A stretch of 64,000 nt of DNA from Bacilli bacterium. GTDB taxonomy: Bacteria > Bacillota_I > Bacilli_A > ML615J-28 > CAG-313. Location of the stretch: NCBI GenBank assembly GCA_017463365.1, contig JAFTPH010000026.1, forward strand, positions 620 through 64,619, given 5' to 3'. The first letter of the stretch is position 1. Each line of letters opens with the position of its first letter. The position numbers were made by a program, and so were the translations under genes. Positions 31,236 through 43,700 of this stretch are shown one piece after another. The notes beneath the pieces are model-generated. The model ran no database searches. It was not told the DNA's origin and was given only the letters and a program-made list of their open reading frames with translations.

Positions 31236-32579
31236 TTACTTTTGAGTTTGATAATATGGAATTGGCTCTGTTACAACTCCTGTATGATATTCATTGATAA
31301 TTCTAACAAGCATGGCATTTAAATATTCAACTACAGCTTTTTCTTCAGTTGTTGCGTCAATATGACCATTACCAATACCTGAATCATTAGTTATATAGGT
31401 GTATGTTCCGCCAGTCATTAAAGCTTCAGTTCTTAATAAGAATTCAGTCCATTTATTAATTCCGCTTGAAGCAACAGGGATTATTCTAATTCCTTTGTTA
31501 GCAGCAGAAATAATTGATGAGGCAAATAAATTAATCTTTTCTGCGGTTGAGTGTGGTGGAGCATCTAGGACATGGATAAGTAATTTAGTCGAAGGACTAC
31601 TTGACCAATTAGCTTGGGTTACGGCGATATTTAATGCCTCATCAACGGCTTCTTCAAAGTCTCCTCCACCATTAGCAGATTGTTTATTAATATTTTGGAT
31701 TTGTTCATTAATATCGTTTGTAAAATCAAATAATCTTGTTACGTATTGATCGCCTTTATCACGATAGAATAATAATGATAATCTGATTGTATTATTGTCG
31801 GTATTAATGCTTTCGATTACATCTTTAATTTCTGATTTTAAATATTCTAGTTCATCACCCATAGAACCAGTTGTATCGATAACAAACATTAAATCTAATA
31901 TTTTTTTGTTGTTATCGTTTTGATAATCTGAAAGTTCTAAGTTGATAGTATCTTGTGGATATTCGGTTAATTCATAAAGTTGGTCGCCATATGCGATAAC
32001 ATATGGGAAAGAAGGGTTTTCTGGTAAGAAAAGATATGCATTTCCGAAAACATCGGTTACAGCATTGAAAGAGTATGTTTCATTGAAAAGTCTTACCTTT
32101 AATCCACTAATTGCTTCTTCATTAGAAACATTTACTTTGATCATTTTTTGAGTATAAAGTTTAGAATTATATTTGCTTAGGGTAGTGAAATAATTGCTGA
32201 ATAAACCTTCAGAATTTTCTTGGCTTGATTCGAATAATGATAACCAATAATCGTACTTTTTAATATCACTCCATTCAGAAGAAGTGATTTGTCCAGCGAG
32301 TGGCCCTTGTTTATTCTCATCTATTATAATATCATCTGATTTATCGCCATATGATTCATCTCCTGGTGAATCAGTAACATCGTAATCTGGTGAAGATGGA
32401 TCATAAGAATCAGAGGCGTCACTAGAAACGCCAGGCTTAACGTATTCTGGTGTGAATCCAGATGAACCTCCAGGTGATAATGAATCTGCATCGCTATAGG
32501 CTCCGCCTGCTGCACAACCACATAGAGAAATAGATAGAATTGCTAGTAAAATATATAATAAAAATTTTTTGATTTTCAT
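31236..32579 (-). CDS. Lipoprotein with von Willebrand factor type A (vWA) domain
   Basis: Lipobox LSISLCGCAAGG after an N-terminal signal peptide. Long acidic Ser/Asp/Pro-rich linker. vWA domain with MIDAS-like motif DLMFVIDTTGSMGDE. Strong RBS AAAGGAGG on the minus strand. Confidence 0.75.
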   Translation of the reverse strand: MKIKKFLLYILLAILSISLCGCAAGGAYSDADSLSPGGSSGFTPEYVKPGVSSDASDSYDPSSPDYDVTDSPGDESYGDKSDDIIIDENKQGPLAGQITSSEWSDIKKYDYWLSLFESSQENSEGLFSNYFTTLSKYNSKLYTQKMIKVNVSNEEAISGLKVRLFNETYSFNAVTDVFGNAYLFLPENPSFPYVIAYGDQLYELTEYPQDTINLELSDYQNDNNKKILDLMFVIDTTGSMGDELEYLKSEIKDVIESINTDNNTIRLSLLFYRDKGDQYVTRLFDFTNDINEQIQNINKQSANGGGDFEEAVDEALNIAVTQANWSSSPSTKLLIHVLDAPPHSTAEKINLFASSIISAANKGIRIIPVASSGINKWTEFLLRTEALMTGGTYTYITNDSGIGNGHIDATTEEKAVVEYLNAMLVRIINEYHTGVVTEPIPYYQTQK

Positions 32580-32823
32580 ATTTTTTCCTCCTTTTTATCT
32601 TTGTAAATATAACATTAAAAATAGTGGTTTTTATTGGAAAAATTTAATAAAAATTTATCTAAAAAATATATGTATTTTACTTGCTTTTTTTTAGACTTTA
32701 GTATATAATATTAGACGCGTGCATTGACAGCACATATACTATATAATTTTTATAATTTTTTATAAGTGGGAGAATATTTATTATTCATTTGACCACGCAC
32801 GGACAAAAAAGGAGGTGTGTCTC

Positions 32824-33249
32824 GTGGCAGCAAAACAAATTAAAAAAGTAATTAAATTACAAATCGCTGCAGGTAAAGCTAATCCAGCTCCACCAGTTGG
32901 ACCAGTTTTAGGACAAGCACAAGTAAACATTCAACAATTTTGTACTCAATTCAATGACAAGACAAAAGATCAAATGGGAAGTATTATTCCAGTTGTAATT
33001 ACAGTTTATGATGACCGTACATTTACATTTGAGACTAAAACTCCACCAGCATCTGATTTGTTAAAGAAAGCAGCTGGAATCAGCAAAGGAGCATCTACTC
33101 CTAAGAAGACAAAAGTTGCTACAATTTCTAGAGAAAAATTATTAGAAATTGCAAGAACAAAGATGCCTGATTTGAATGCTTACGATGAAGAAGCAGCTGC
33201 ACGTATCGTTGAAGGTACTGCAAGACAAATGGGAATCGTTGTAGAATAA
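32824..33249 (+). CDS. rplK: 50S ribosomal protein L11
   Basis: (V)[30 protein letters not shown] is the canonical L11 N-terminus. GTG start with GGAGG ~10 nt upstream (ORF track: ATG 32815). Confidence 0.9.
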   Translation: MAAKQIKKVIKLQIAAGKANPAPPVGPVLGQAQVNIQQFCTQFNDKTKDQMGSIIPVVITVYDDRTFTFETKTPPASDLLKKAAGISKGASTPKKTKVATISREKLLEIARTKMPDLNAYDEEAAARIVEGTARQMGIVVE

Positions 33250-33341
33250 TCTACGACAACCAAATTAAGATAGATAAAAAATCTGTCTAAAATAGTGGAA
33301 GAATTAAATTCGTTAGACCACATTTAGGAGGAAAAAATAAT

Positions 33342-34034
33342 ATGGCAAAAAGAGGTAAAAAGTATCAAGAAGCTTTAAAGTTAGTTGATAGATTAAATAA
33401 ATATTCTATCGATGAAGCTATCGAATTAGTTAAAAAAACTAGCTATGCTAAATTTGATGCTACAGTTGAACTTTCTTGCAGATTAAACATCGACACACGT
33501 AAAGCAGAACAAAACTTACGTGGTGCTGTATCATTACCAAACGGAACTGGGAAAACTGTTCGCGTATTAGTTATCGCAAAAGATGCAAAAGCTAAAGAAG
33601 CTTTAGCAGCTGGTGCAGATTATGCAGGTGATGCTGAATACTTAGAAAAGATTAAAGAAGGTTGGTTTGAATTTGATACATTAATTGCTACTCCTGATAT
33701 GATGGGTGAACTTGGTAAATTAGGACGTATCTTAGGGCCTAAAGGATTAATGCCAAACCCTAAAACAGGAACAGTAACAATGGATGTTGAAAAAACTGTT
33801 AAAGAATTTAAAGCCGGTAAAGTAGAATACCGTGCTGACAAAACTGGTAACATTTTAGTTCCAGTTGGTAAAGCTTCATTTGGAGCTCAACAATTAAAAG
33901 AAAATATTCAAGCTATTTACAATCAATTAATGCGTGTTAAACCATCAACTGTTAAGGGTGTATATATGCTAAACATTTCTGTTTCAGCTACTATGGGTCC
34001 TGGAATCAAAATTGATGGATCAACAATCGCTTAA
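33342..34034 (+). CDS. rplA: 50S ribosomal protein L1
   Basis: [32 protein letters not shown]... matches the L1 consensus. 230 aa. Confidence 0.95.
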   Translation: MAKRGKKYQEALKLVDRLNKYSIDEAIELVKKTSYAKFDATVELSCRLNIDTRKAEQNLRGAVSLPNGTGKTVRVLVIAKDAKAKEALAAGADYAGDAEYLEKIKEGWFEFDTLIATPDMMGELGKLGRILGPKGLMPNPKTGTVTMDVEKTVKEFKAGKVEYRADKTGNILVPVGKASFGAQQLKENIQAIYNQLMRVKPSTVKGVYMLNISVSATMGPGIKIDGSTIA

Positions 34035-34162
34035 TATTAAATAGTAAAATTTATAAATAGTATATAGTTCAAACGTCATTGCCGTAGACAGTAGGTGTTG
34101 TCTATGACAACTTAATTTCCTACCGAGGAAGAAATCCGAAAAATTTTCAGGAGGTGAAAACA
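34035..34162 (+). promoter_or_regulatory. rplJ-rplL 5' leader (candidate L10-leader autoregulatory RNA structure)
   Basis: 128-nt intergenic segment with an imperfect long hairpin (GTCATTGCCGTAGACAG...TGTTGTCTATGAC) directly upstream of the rplJ RBS. Position is equivalent to the L10(L12)4-binding leader of Bacillus. Confidence 0.45.
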
Positions 34163-34648
34163 ATGAATGAAGCGACAATCGCTAAAAAACAAGAACAAGT
34201 TGAATTAGTTACTGAAAAGATGACAAACGCTGGTTCAACAGTATTCGTTGATTACCTAGGATTAACTGTAGCTGAAGTTACTGAATTAAGAATTAAGCTA
34301 CGTGCTGAAAACTGTGAAATGAAAGTTATTAAAAATAACATTTTACGTCGTGCTGCTGAAAAAGCAGGTTACGAAGTTGATGCTCAAAGTTTAGTAGGAC
34401 CTAGTGCTGCTGTATTCTCTCAAGATGAAGTTGGTGCAAGTAAGGTTTTATTCGGGTTTGCGAAAGATCACAAAATCACTGTTAAGAGCGGGGTTGTAAG
34501 TGGTGTAGCAACAGATGCTAAACAACTTGAACAATTATCAAAATTACCAAACAAACTTGGTATGGTATCTATGTTATTAAGTGTAATGCAAGCTCCAATT
34601 CGCGGCTTAGCATGTGCAATTAAAGCAGTTTCAGAAAAAGAAGAATAA
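34163..34648 (+). CDS. rplJ: 50S ribosomal protein L10
   Basis: [20 protein letters not shown]... matches the L10 consensus. GGAGG 9 nt upstream. The ORF track starts at an upstream GTG (34154). Confidence 0.95.
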   Translation: MNEATIAKKQEQVELVTEKMTNAGSTVFVDYLGLTVAEVTELRIKLRAENCEMKVIKNNILRRAAEKAGYEVDAQSLVGPSAAVFSQDEVGASKVLFGFAKDHKITVKSGVVSGVATDAKQLEQLSKLPNKLGMVSMLLSVMQAPIRGLACAIKAVSEKEE

Positions 34649-34673
34649 ATCGTTAATAGGAGGAACAAACGAA

Positions 34674-35045
34674 ATGGCAAAAATTAGTACTGCAGATTTT
34701 ATTGCTGCAATCAAAGAAATGAGTGTATTAGAATTAAATGAATTAGTTAAGGCTATCGAAGAAGAATTCGGTGTTACTGCCGCAGCTCCAGTAGCTGTTG
34801 CTGCAGGTCCAGCTGTTGTTGAAGAAACAGGACCATCTGAAGTATCTGTTATCTTAAAGAGTGCAGGTGCTGCAAAATTAGCTGTAATTAAATTAGTTCG
34901 TGAAGTAACTGGATTAGGATTAAAAGAAGCTAAAGACTTAGTTGACAATGCTCCAAAACCAGTTAAAGAAAACATTTCTCCAGAAGATGCTGAAGCTTTA
35001 AAAGCTAAATTAGTTGAAGCTGGTGCTGAAGTAGAAATTAAATAG
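34674..35045 (+). CDS. rplL: 50S ribosomal protein L7/L12
   Basis: [34 protein letters not shown]... matches the L7/L12 consensus and ends ...[18 protein letters not shown]. The ORF track starts upstream at 34614. Confidence 0.95.
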   Translation: MAKISTADFIAAIKEMSVLELNELVKAIEEEFGVTAAAPVAVAAGPAVVEETGPSEVSVILKSAGAAKLAVIKLVREVTGLGLKEAKDLVDNAPKPVKENISPEDAEALKAKLVEAGAEVEIK

Positions 35046-35062
35046 TTTAATTTAATGCATTA

Positions 35063-35094
35063 AAAACCTGGAGATTATATCTTCAGGTTTTATT
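35063..35094 (+). terminator. Terminator (partial/attenuator) after rplL
   Basis: AACCTGGAGAT-tat-ATCTTCAGGTTTTATTT. Confidence 0.65.
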
Positions 35095-35108
35095 TATAGG
35101 AGTAAATT

Positions 35109-35705
35109 ATGAGCAATCAATATTTTGAAAACAATGAAAATTTAAAAAGTAATATTCAAACTATTAGATACTATTTTAAGAAAACAACCCTTTTATTTGA
35201 TACAGATCATGGGGTATTCTCTAAAGGTGGAATTGATTTTGGAAGTAACGCTTTACTTCAAACATTGCCATCATTAGAAGATAAAACGACCCTTTTGGAT
35301 GTAGGTTGTGGATATGGAACAATGGGGTTAACCCTTGCTAAAAAATATTCAAATCTTACGGTTGATATGGTAGATGTTAATCTAAGAGCTATTGATTTAT
35401 GTAAGAGTAATGCTCTTAAAAATGATGTTAACAATGTTAATGTATTTGAAAGTAATTGTTATGAAAATGTTGATAAAACTTATGATATTATTATTTCTAA
35501 TCCCCCAATTAGAGCAGGTAAAAAAGTTGTCTTTGCGATTCTAGAAGGGGCATATGAACACCTTGTAGATGATGGGGAATTATGGATTGTTATTCAGAAA
35601 AAACAAGGAGCAGAATCGTCTTTAAAACATTTAAGAGAACTTTATGAAAATGTCGAAATTGTTAACAAAGATGGTGGATATTGGATAATAAAATCTAGGA
35701 AATAA
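35109..35705 (+). CDS. ybxB: Class I SAM-dependent methyltransferase (YbxB/RsmC-like, 16S rRNA m2G family)
   Basis: LDVGCGYGTMG SAM motif and NPPIRAG (N-methyl transfer motif). Lies between rplL and rpoB as in B. subtilis ybxB. Confidence 0.8.
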   Translation: MSNQYFENNENLKSNIQTIRYYFKKTTLLFDTDHGVFSKGGIDFGSNALLQTLPSLEDKTTLLDVGCGYGTMGLTLAKKYSNLTVDMVDVNLRAIDLCKSNALKNDVNNVNVFESNCYENVDKTYDIIISNPPIRAGKKVVFAILEGAYEHLVDDGELWIVIQKKQGAESSLKHLRELYENVEIVNKDGGYWIIKSRK

Positions 35706-35722
35706 TCAAAAAGTAAAAAAAT

Positions 35723-35752
35723 AAAGTCTTTCGATTTCGAAAGACTTTTTTT
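35723..35752 (+). terminator. Terminator after ybxB
   Basis: AAGTCTTTCGA-tt-TCGAAAGACTTTTTTT. Confidence 0.85.
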
Positions 35753-35782
35753 GCCTTTTTTTAAAAAAGTAGGAAATTTTTC

Positions 35783-35815
35783 TTGACAAAAGTTTATCAT
35801 TGTGGTATCATAATA
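35783..35815 (+). promoter_or_regulatory. Sigma-A-type promoter for rpoB-rpoC
   Basis: TTGACA (35783-88), 17-nt spacer, TATCAT/CATAAT. Confidence 0.55.
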
Positions 35816-35871
35816 GAATATGATAGGATAGGGCATTTTGCAATCTAAACTGTATCGAGAGGTGGATTATT

Positions 35872-38800
35872 TTGAGTTGGAAAAATGTTCAATATGGAAA
35901 GAAAAGAGTTCGTCGTAACTATTCAAGAGTTCAAACAAGCGTTGAATTACCTAATTTGATTGAGGTACAAACTGGATCTTTCCAATGGTTGATTGACACA
36001 GGATTAAAAGAATTATTTAAAGAAATTTCTCCAATTAAGGACCATGGTGATGGAGAAAAATTTGAATTATATTTTGGTGATTATGAATTTGATGAACCAA
36101 AATATTCAATTACAGAAGCTAAAGTTCATAGTGTAAACTATTCTAAAGCTTTAAAAGTTAATGTTAGATTAATTAACAAAGAAACTGGTGAAATTAAAGA
36201 AGACAAGTTATTTATGGGTGAATTCCCATTCATGACTCCTTGGGGAACATTTATTATTAATGGTTCAGAACGTGTTATCGTTACCCAAATTATTCGTTCA
36301 GCAGGGGTTTTCTTCTCTAAAGAAAAGAATAAGAAGACTGGTCGTGTTAATTATTCAGGACAAATTATCCCAACACGTGGAGCATGGATTGAATTTGAAC
36401 TTGGAACAAAGGATATCTTCTATGCGAAACTTGACCGTTCTAAGAAAGTACCTTTATCTACTTTAATTAGAGCATTAGGGGTAAAACGTAACAATGATAT
36501 GATTGAATTATTCGGGGAATCTGAATTCATGCGTAATACTTTCGCGAAAGACTTAACTTTCGGGGAAGATGATGCGATTAAAGAATTATATGATCGTTTA
36601 CGTCCAGGTGAAAAAACATCTGCCGACACAGCAAGAAAATTCATTGCGAGCCGTTTATTTGATGTTCGCCGCTATGACCTTGCAAGTGTTGGACGTTATA
36701 AAGTTAATAAAAAATTAGACGTTATTCAAAGAGCAATTGGACATCGTTTAGCAGAAGATTTTGTAAATAAAGAAACAGGAGAAATCATTTTACCTGCTGG
36801 AACAGAAATCCATTACAAAGATGCTAAAGGTATTAATACTGTTGAAGTTCTTGAACAAAACCGTAAACATTTACGTGTTGAAAAAGAATTTGAATTAATG
36901 CTTGAAGGTAATAGTGTATTACTTGAAACATTAGAAGTATTAGTAAAAACATCTGATGGAGAAAAACGCGTTAAGATCATTGGTAATGACCAACGTGAAA
37001 CTGTTAACCATGTAGTATTATCTGATATTTTTGCCTCTATCTCTTATTACTTAAACTTACATGACGGTGTTGGACGTACTGATGACATTGACCATTTAGG
37101 TAACCGTCGTCTACGTTTAATTGGTGAATTATTACAAAACCAATTCCGTATCGGTTTAACTAAGTTAGAAAAGAATGTTCGTGACCGTATGTCAACATCA
37201 GTTGATTCACGTACAGTAGTACCTCAAAACTTAGTTAATATTCGTCCATTAATTTCAACAATTCGTGAATTCTTTGGTAGTAGCCAATTATCACAATTTA
37301 TGGACCAAATTAACCCTCTTTCTGAATTAACACATAAACGTCGTCTATCTGCCTTAGGGCAAGGTGGGTTATCAAGAGAACGTGCTGGTTTCGAAGTTCG
37401 TGACGTACATCCATCACACTATGGTAGAATTTGTCCGGTAGAAACACCAGAAGGACAAAACATCGGGTTAATTAACTCACTTGCTTCATACGCAAAAGTA
37501 AACTTATATGGATTTATCCAAACTCCATATTTAACAGTTAAGAATAATCGTGAAGATCCATCTTACAAAGAAGGTATTCATAAAGCATACATTGATACAA
37601 GTATTGAACCACGCTATTTAACAGCAGATGAAGAAGAAGAATACGTAATTGCGCAAGCTAACGTTCATATGAGTAAAGATCCAGTTACTGGAGAAATTAC
37701 TATTACTGATGATAAAGTTATCGCTCGTAAGAACGGTGAATTCGTAGAAGTTAGTAAAATGGATGTTAACTTACTAGACGTATCTCCTAAACAAGTAGTT
37801 GCGATTTCAACAGCATGTATTCCATTCCTAGAACACGACGATACAACTCGTGCGCTAATGGGTGCCAACATGCAACGTCAAGCGATTCCACTACTTAAAC
37901 CAGAAGCACCATTTGTTGGTACTGGTATCGAATATAAAGCTGCTAAAGACTCAGGGGTTGCTATTGTTGCTGATTACGCTGGGGTTATCGAATACGTTGA
38001 TGGATACAAAATTGTTCTTTGTGATAATAATGGTATTCGTCATACTTATGAAATGACTAAATATGAACGTTCTAACCACTCAACATGTGTTAACCAACGT
38101 CCAATTGTAAGAGTTGGGGAAACAATTGAAGTGGGAGATGTTTTAGCTGATGGATCATCAATGGATCAAGGAGAACTTGCATTAGGACGTAACGTAGTTA
38201 TTGCCTTCATGACATGGAATGGTTATAACTTCGAGGATGCTGTTATCATGAGTGAACGTTTAGTTCAAGATGACGTATACACTTCAATCCATATTGAAGA
38301 ATATGATATCGAAGTACGTGATACAAAACTTGGTAAAGAAATGATTACCGCAGACTTAGATGGGGAAGCTAAAGATTCAATTCAAAACTTAGGACCTAAT
38401 GGAATCGTTAGATTAGGGGCAGAAGTTAAAGAAGGAGATACTTTAGTAGGTAAAGTTACTCCTAAAGGATTAACTGAACCAACTCCAGAAGAACGTTTAA
38501 GTCAAGCATTATTCTCTGATAATTCAAAAGATGTTCGTATTACTTCCCTTAAAGTTCCACATGGTGGAGGCGGAATCGTAAGTAAGATTGAACACTTCAC
38601 AAGAAAAGATGGAGCAGAACTTCCACCTTCAGTAAATGAAGTTGTACGTGTGTACATTGTACAAAAACGTAAGATTTCTGAAGGGGATAAGATGGCTGGT
38701 CGACATGGTAATAAAGGGGTTATTTCTAACATCCTTCCAATCGAAGATATGCCATTTATGGAAGATGGTACTCCAGTAGATATTATGCTTAACCCTCAAG

Positions 38801-39486
38801 GGGTTCCTTCTCGTATGAACATCGGACAAGTACTTGAAATTCACTTAGGTATGGCTGCTAAGAAACTAGGAGTTCACGTTGCTACACCAGTATTTGACGG
38901 GGTTAAACAAGAAGATTTAGTAGAAATCATGAATGAAGCTCGTAATATGGAACGCGAAGCTGCCTTAAAAGATTCACGTGATTTCAAAGCTCCAGTTGAT
39001 GAATTTGGTAAGATGTATTTATACGATGGACGTACAGGACGTCGTTTCGATAACAAGATTTCAGTTGGAGTAATGTATATGATTAAGTTAGCTCACATGG
39101 TTGACGATAAATTACATGCTCGTAGTGAAGGACCATATACACTTGTAACACAACAACCAATGGGTGGTAAAGCTCAAAATGGTGGTCAACGTTTCGGGGA
39201 AATGGAAGTTTGGGCCCTTGAAGCATATGGGGCAGCTCATACATTACAAGAAATGATGACAATTAAGTCTGATGATATCGTTGGACGTAATAAAGTTTAT
39301 AAAGCAATCGTTGATGGAGAACCTATTCCAGAACCAGGTATTCCTGAATCATTCCGTGTATTAATCAAAGAATTACAAGGTTTAGGATTAAGTGTTAAAC
39401 TTGTTAATACTAATGGAGAAGACGTTGCTAATGAAAGTTTAGTTGAACAGTTTGCGGAAGCACAAGCAAGCAAACGTGGACTATAA
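35872..39486 (+). CDS. rpoB: DNA-directed RNA polymerase subunit beta
   Basis: 1204 aa, TTG start. Conserved blocks throughout (e.g. ...[15 protein letters not shown]..., [16 protein letters not shown]). Confidence 0.97.
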   Translation: MSWKNVQYGKKRVRRNYSRVQTSVELPNLIEVQTGSFQWLIDTGLKELFKEISPIKDHGDGEKFELYFGDYEFDEPKYSITEAKVHSVNYSKALKVNVRLINKETGEIKEDKLFMGEFPFMTPWGTFIINGSERVIVTQIIRSAGVFFSKEKNKKTGRVNYSGQIIPTRGAWIEFELGTKDIFYAKLDRSKKVPLSTLIRALGVKRNNDMIELFGESEFMRNTFAKDLTFGEDDAIKELYDRLRPGEKTSADTARKFIASRLFDVRRYDLASVGRYKVNKKLDVIQRAIGHRLAEDFVNKETGEIILPAGTEIHYKDAKGINTVEVLEQNRKHLRVEKEFELMLEGNSVLLETLEVLVKTSDGEKRVKIIGNDQRETVNHVVLSDIFASISYYLNLHDGVGRTDDIDHLGNRRLRLIGELLQNQFRIGLTKLEKNVRDRMSTSVDSRTVVPQNLVNIRPLISTIREFFGSSQLSQFMDQINPLSELTHKRRLSALGQGGLSRERAGFEVRDVHPSHYGRICPVETPEGQNIGLINSLASYAKVNLYGFIQTPYLTVKNNREDPSYKEGIHKAYIDTSIEPRYLTADEEEEYVIAQANVHMSKDPVTGEITITDDKVIARKNGEFVEVSKMDVNLLDVSPKQVVAISTACIPFLEHDDTTRALMGANMQRQAIPLLKPEAPFVGTGIEYKAAKDSGVAIVADYAGVIEYVDGYKIVLCDNNGIRHTYEMTKYERSNHSTCVNQRPIVRVGETIEVGDVLADGSSMDQGELALGRNVVIAFMTWNGYNFEDAVIMSERLVQDDVYTSIHIEEYDIEVRDTKLGKEMITADLDGEAKDSIQNLGPNGIVRLGAEVKEGDTLVGKVTPKGLTEPTPEERLSQALFSDNSKDVRITSLKVPHGGGGIVSKIEHFTRKDGAELPPSVNEVVRVYIVQKRKISEGDKMAGRHGNKGVISNILPIEDMPFMEDGTPVDIMLNPQGVPSRMNIGQVLEIHLGMAAKKLGVHVATPVFDGVKQEDLVEIMNEARNMEREAALKDSRDFKAPVDEFGKMYLYDGRTGRRFDNKISVGVMYMIKLAHMVDDKLHARSEGPYTLVTQQPMGGKAQNGGQRFGEMEVWALEAYGAAHTLQEMMTIKSDDIVGRNKVYKAIVDGEPIPEPGIPESFRVLIKELQGLGLSVKLVNTNGEDVANESLVEQFAEAQASKRGL

Positions 39487-39491
39487 TAGGG

Positions 39492-42400
39492 GTGATTAAT
39501 TTGAGTAACAAAAAATATGAATATATTCAAGTTGGTATCGCATCTGCTGAAGAAATTATTTCTTGGGCAAACCCTGTGTTACGTGAAGAAGTAAAAAACG
39601 GAAATGTTTTAAAATACAACCCTTTACGTAAAGACAAGATGGCAGTATATGACAAAGATGGAAACTTCTTAAAAGATTACGATTTAAAAGGTGAAGTTAA
39701 AAAACATGAAACTATTAACTATCGTACTTTAAAACCAGAAAAAGATGGTTTATTCTGTGAAGTTATCTTTGGTCCTACAAAAGATTACCAATGTGCTTGT
39801 GGAAAGTCTCGTAAGAGTCTTAATGGAGAACATAAAGTTTGTGAAAAATGTGGAGTTGAATTAACTGAAAGTAAAGTTCGTCGTGAACGTATGGGTTACA
39901 TTTCACTTGCTGCTCCAGTTGTTCATAACTGGTATTTACGTAGTGTTCCTAGTAAAATTGGTATTTTACTTGATATGAAAACTACTCAAGTAGATGACGT
40001 TGTATATCTTGCTTCATATATCATTACAGAAGTAAACGAAGAAATTGAAGAATTACATGAAGGAATGATTATTACAGAACAAGAACATGCAATGTATAAA
40101 CGTCAATATCCGTTTAAATATAAAGTTAAAACGGGTGCTGATGCGATTCGCTATTTGCTTGAAAAACTTGATGTTAAAGAAATCGTTGCACAAATTCGTG
40201 AAGAATTAAAAACTGCAACTAAGCAAAAACGCGAAAAATTAATTAAGAGATTAGAGATTGCGGAAGCATTCGCTCAATCAGATAATAAACCTGAGTGGAT
40301 GGTTATGGACGTTGTTCCAGTAATCCCACCAGATTTAAGACCAATGGTTCAACTTGATGGTGGACGTTTCGCAACTACCGATCTAAACGACTTATATCGT
40401 CGTATCATTAATCGTAATAACCGTTTACGTAAACAATTTGAAGTTTTCGCACCGGAATTAATTACGAAAAATGAAAAACGTATGCTTCAAGAAGCAGTTG
40501 ATGCCTTAATTGACAACACTGGTTTAAATCGTCGTAATAAACGACCAGTTATGGACAAGAATCGTTCTTTAAAATCTTTATCTGATTTATTAAGAGGTAA
40601 ACAAGGACGTTTCCGTCAAAACTTATTAGGTAAACGTGTTGACTACTCAGGACGTAGTGTTATCGTTGTTGGTCCAGATTTAAAAATGTACCAATGTGGT
40701 ATTCCACGTGAAATGGCCTTAATCTTATTTAAACCATTTATTATCAATTATTTACGTCAAAAAGATGCGTTAAATGGAGAAGTAATTAAAGAAAAAGCTG
40801 GTATTAAACGTGCGAAAGAAATGATTGAAAAAGGTACACCAGAAGCAATGGAAGCCTTAGAAAAGATTGTCGTTGAACATCCTGTTCTATTAAACCGTGC
40901 TCCGACATTACACCGTCTTTCAATCCAAGCTTTCGAACCAAAACTTGTAGAAGGTAAAGCAATTCGTCTTCACCCACTAGTTACAACAGCCTTCAATGCC
41001 GACTTTGACGGGGACCAAATGCCTGTGCATGTACCACTATCAGAAGAAGCTCAAACTGAAGCTCGTTTGTTAATGCTTGCATCTAAAAATATTCTTGCTC
41101 CAAAAGATGGAAAACCTATCGTTACACCATCTCAAGACATGATTATTGGTAACTACTATTTATCAATTGAAAGAAGTCAACCTGCTTATGACTTTGACAA
41201 CTATGATGATTTACATGAAGCATATATGGCTAATTTTGTATCATTCAATAGTAAAATTGAAACAGAAACTGAATTCTATCGTAACATCAAATATTTAGAT
41301 GATGCGGTAAGAGATGGATTATGTGAAAAGAATCAACATTTCCATATCGAAGCTCGTGAAGGACGTTTATTTAAGAATCCATCAGAAGCAGAACTTGCTT
41401 ATGAAAGAGGAGAAATTGATTTCCATACTAGATTTGTAATTCCTGCTCATACATTAAATAAACCATTCGTTCATATTGAAGAATCATGGAAAGAAACTGA
41501 TCCTGAAAAATACGAAGCAGCGGTAAAACGTAATGAAGAAAGAATGAATAAATATATTATTACTACACATGGTAAGATTATATTCAATTCAATCTTCCCT
41601 GAAAACTTCTCATACGTTAATGAAGCAACTCAAGAAAACTTGTCCGTTGAGACAGATGAACGTTTCTTCGTTAATAAAGGAGAAAACTATAAGGAAGCTA
41701 TAGCTGCGTTACCTCTTAATCCTCCATTTAAGAAGAAATTCTTAAGTATGATTATCAGTGAAGTATTTAAACAAGCTAAACTTGTTGAAACATCTAAGAC
41801 TCTAGATAAGATGAAAGACTTAGGTTTCTATTACTCAACAATGTGTGGTATTACGGTATCAGCCTTTGACGTAATGGATATCCCAGGTAAACCTGAAATC
41901 TTAGAAGTAGCCGAAACAAAAGTTAAAAAATACAACTCAATGTATCGTCGTGGTATCTTAAATGAAAGTGAACGTAAAAAGAACGTTATTCAAGTATGGA
42001 CAGATGCTAAAGATTTAATTGAAAAACAAATCAAACAAGTTATGGCGGATCACGCTTCTACTAACCACATCTTCATGATGGCGGACTCTGGTGCCCGTGG
42101 ATCAAGTTCGAACTTTACGCAACTTGCCGGTATGCGTGGGCTAATGGCTAAACCAAATGGGGAACCAATGGAAATCCCAATCAAATCTTGTTTCCGTGAA
42201 GGAATGTCAATGTCAGAATTCTTCATTTCTACTCACGGTGCGCGTAAAGGTTCTACCGATACAGCATTAAAGACTGCCGAATCTGGATACTTAACAAGAC
42301 GTTTAGTAGACGTTTCTCATGATGTTACAGTAACATGTGATGATTGTGGAACTGATAAGGGTATGGTTATGACTGATTTAATCAATACTCGTGATGATAC

Positions 42401-43583
42401 TACAATTGTTAAATTGAAAGATCGTATTATTGGACGTTTTGCTTCTAAACCTATTTATTCAAAAGCAAAAAATCCTGAAACTGGTAAGAAAGACTTAATT
42501 GTTGATCGTAACCAAATTATTACTGAACCAATCGCAGATGATATTATTGCTCGTGGTGACTTAGCTGTTAAAAAGTATGTTCAAAGAGATGGCGAAGTAC
42601 GCAACCTTAAGTGTGTTGAGGTAAGAACATTATTAACATGTGATGCTCGCGTGGGTGTTTGTGTTAAGTGTTATGGATCTGACTTATCAACTACTGAAAC
42701 AGTTGAAAAAGGTGAAGTTGTTGGAGTTGTTGCAGCTCAATCAATCGGTGAACCTGGTACTCAGTTAACAATGAGAACATTCCACAGTGGTGGGGTTGCC
42801 GGAGACGATATCACTCAAGGGTTACCACGTATCCAAGAATTATTTGAAGCACGTGAACCTAAAGGTAAAGGTATTATCTCAGAAATTAAAGGTAAGGTTA
42901 AAGAAATTATACCTGAACAAAATAATCGATTCACTGTTGTTATTGAATCTCCACTTGATCCAAATGGTTCAAATGACAAAAAATACTTAACAGACAGTGG
43001 AAAGAAACCAATTGTTAAAGTTGGTGACGAAGTTGAAGCTGGAGACTTAATTGTTGATGGATTAATTCATCCAAAAGAGTTACTTCGTGTAGCAAGTGTT
43101 GATAAAGTTGAAGAATACATCCTTAAAGAAGTACAAAAAGTTTACCGTGCTCAAGGGGTTGATATTTCTGATAAACACGTTGAAATCATTATCAAACAAA
43201 TGTTACAAAAAGTATTAGTAGTTGATGAAGGTGGTACAGATTTACTTCCAGGTACATTTGTATCTAAAGCAGAAATGATTAAGATTATCGAAGATACAAT
43301 GGCTAAAGGTAAGAGATTACCAGTTATTAAACCAGTTATCTTAGGTATTACAAGAGCTTCATTAAAAGCTGACTCATTCTTATCAGCAGCATCATTCCAA
43401 GAAACTACTAGAGTATTAACTGAAGCAGCTATTCGTGGAAAGATTGACTACTTAGAAGGATTAAAAGAAAATATCATCATTGGTGGATTAATTCCTGCAG
43501 GAACTGGTCTTGTAAGAGACGTAGAAGTTACTCCTACAGATGAAACTGAAGCTAAATATGATATTCCTAAAATGATAGCTTAA
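39492..43583 (+). CDS. rpoC: DNA-directed RNA polymerase subunit beta' (expanded, 1363 aa)
   Basis: Zn-binding CxxC...CxxC near the N-terminus. NADFDGD active-site motif. Trigger-loop region. Start may be GTG 39492 or TTG 39501. Carries a lineage-specific ~70-aa expansion relative to the ~1200-aa Bacillus protein. Confidence 0.97.
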   Translation: MINLSNKKYEYIQVGIASAEEIISWANPVLREEVKNGNVLKYNPLRKDKMAVYDKDGNFLKDYDLKGEVKKHETINYRTLKPEKDGLFCEVIFGPTKDYQCACGKSRKSLNGEHKVCEKCGVELTESKVRRERMGYISLAAPVVHNWYLRSVPSKIGILLDMKTTQVDDVVYLASYIITEVNEEIEELHEGMIITEQEHAMYKRQYPFKYKVKTGADAIRYLLEKLDVKEIVAQIREELKTATKQKREKLIKRLEIAEAFAQSDNKPEWMVMDVVPVIPPDLRPMVQLDGGRFATTDLNDLYRRIINRNNRLRKQFEVFAPELITKNEKRMLQEAVDALIDNTGLNRRNKRPVMDKNRSLKSLSDLLRGKQGRFRQNLLGKRVDYSGRSVIVVGPDLKMYQCGIPREMALILFKPFIINYLRQKDALNGEVIKEKAGIKRAKEMIEKGTPEAMEALEKIVVEHPVLLNRAPTLHRLSIQAFEPKLVEGKAIRLHPLVTTAFNADFDGDQMPVHVPLSEEAQTEARLLMLASKNILAPKDGKPIVTPSQDMIIGNYYLSIERSQPAYDFDNYDDLHEAYMANFVSFNSKIETETEFYRNIKYLDDAVRDGLCEKNQHFHIEAREGRLFKNPSEAELAYERGEIDFHTRFVIPAHTLNKPFVHIEESWKETDPEKYEAAVKRNEERMNKYIITTHGKIIFNSIFPENFSYVNEATQENLSVETDERFFVNKGENYKEAIAALPLNPPFKKKFLSMIISEVFKQAKLVETSKTLDKMKDLGFYYSTMCGITVSAFDVMDIPGKPEILEVAETKVKKYNSMYRRGILNESERKKNVIQVWTDAKDLIEKQIKQVMADHASTNHIFMMADSGARGSSSNFTQLAGMRGLMAKPNGEPMEIPIKSCFREGMSMSEFFISTHGARKGSTDTALKTAESGYLTRRLVDVSHDVTVTCDDCGTDKGMVMTDLINTRDDTTIVKLKDRIIGRFASKPIYSKAKNPETGKKDLIVDRNQIITEPIADDIIARGDLAVKKYVQRDGEVRNLKCVEVRTLLTCDARVGVCVKCYGSDLSTTETVEKGEVVGVVAAQSIGEPGTQLTMRTFHSGGVAGDDITQGLPRIQELFEAREPKGKGIISEIKGKVKEIIPEQNNRFTVVIESPLDPNGSNDKKYLTDSGKKPIVKVGDEVEAGDLIVDGLIHPKELLRVASVDKVEEYILKEVQKVYRAQGVDISDKHVEIIIKQMLQKVLVVDEGGTDLLPGTFVSKAEMIKIIEDTMAKGKRLPVIKPVILGITRASLKADSFLSAASFQETTRVLTEAAIRGKIDYLEGLKENIIIGGLIPAGTGLVRDVEVTPTDETEAKYDIPKMIA

Positions 43584-43586
43584 TTA

Positions 43587-43612
43587 ATAGACCCTTAAGG
43601 GTCTATTTTTTA
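43587..43612 (+). terminator. Terminator after rpoC
   Basis: TAGACCCTTAAGGGTCTA followed by TTTTTT. Confidence 0.85.
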
Positions 43613-43627
43613 ATTATTATATTGAAA

Positions 43628-43656
43628 TTGACAAAAAACAGAATAATTAGTATAAT
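43628..43656 (+). promoter_or_regulatory. Consensus sigma-A promoter upstream of the 150-aa hypothetical gene
   Basis: TTGACA (43628-33), 17-nt spacer, TATAAT (43651-56). Confidence 0.65.
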
Positions 43657-43700
43657 TTAGTTAGTGTAGGGTAAATTTTAAAATTTATGGGAGGTTAAAA

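Noticed and set aside
32725-32760. Possible promoter TTGACA...TATAAT upstream of rplK in the shared 235-bp divergent region.
   Set aside because: The spacer between the TTGACA and the best TATAAT is ~12 nt, not 17 ±1, so it is not reported as a feature. The real rplK promoter and L1-operator remain unresolved from sequence alone.
36260-39530. Multiple 60-77-aa ORFs on both strands inside rpoB/rpoC (e.g. 36260-36466, 36420-36644, 37665-37871, 38502-38844, 39297-39530).
   Set aside because: They lie entirely within highly conserved RNAP coding sequence. They are typical shadow ORFs of AT-rich DNA and have no RBS or independent signals.
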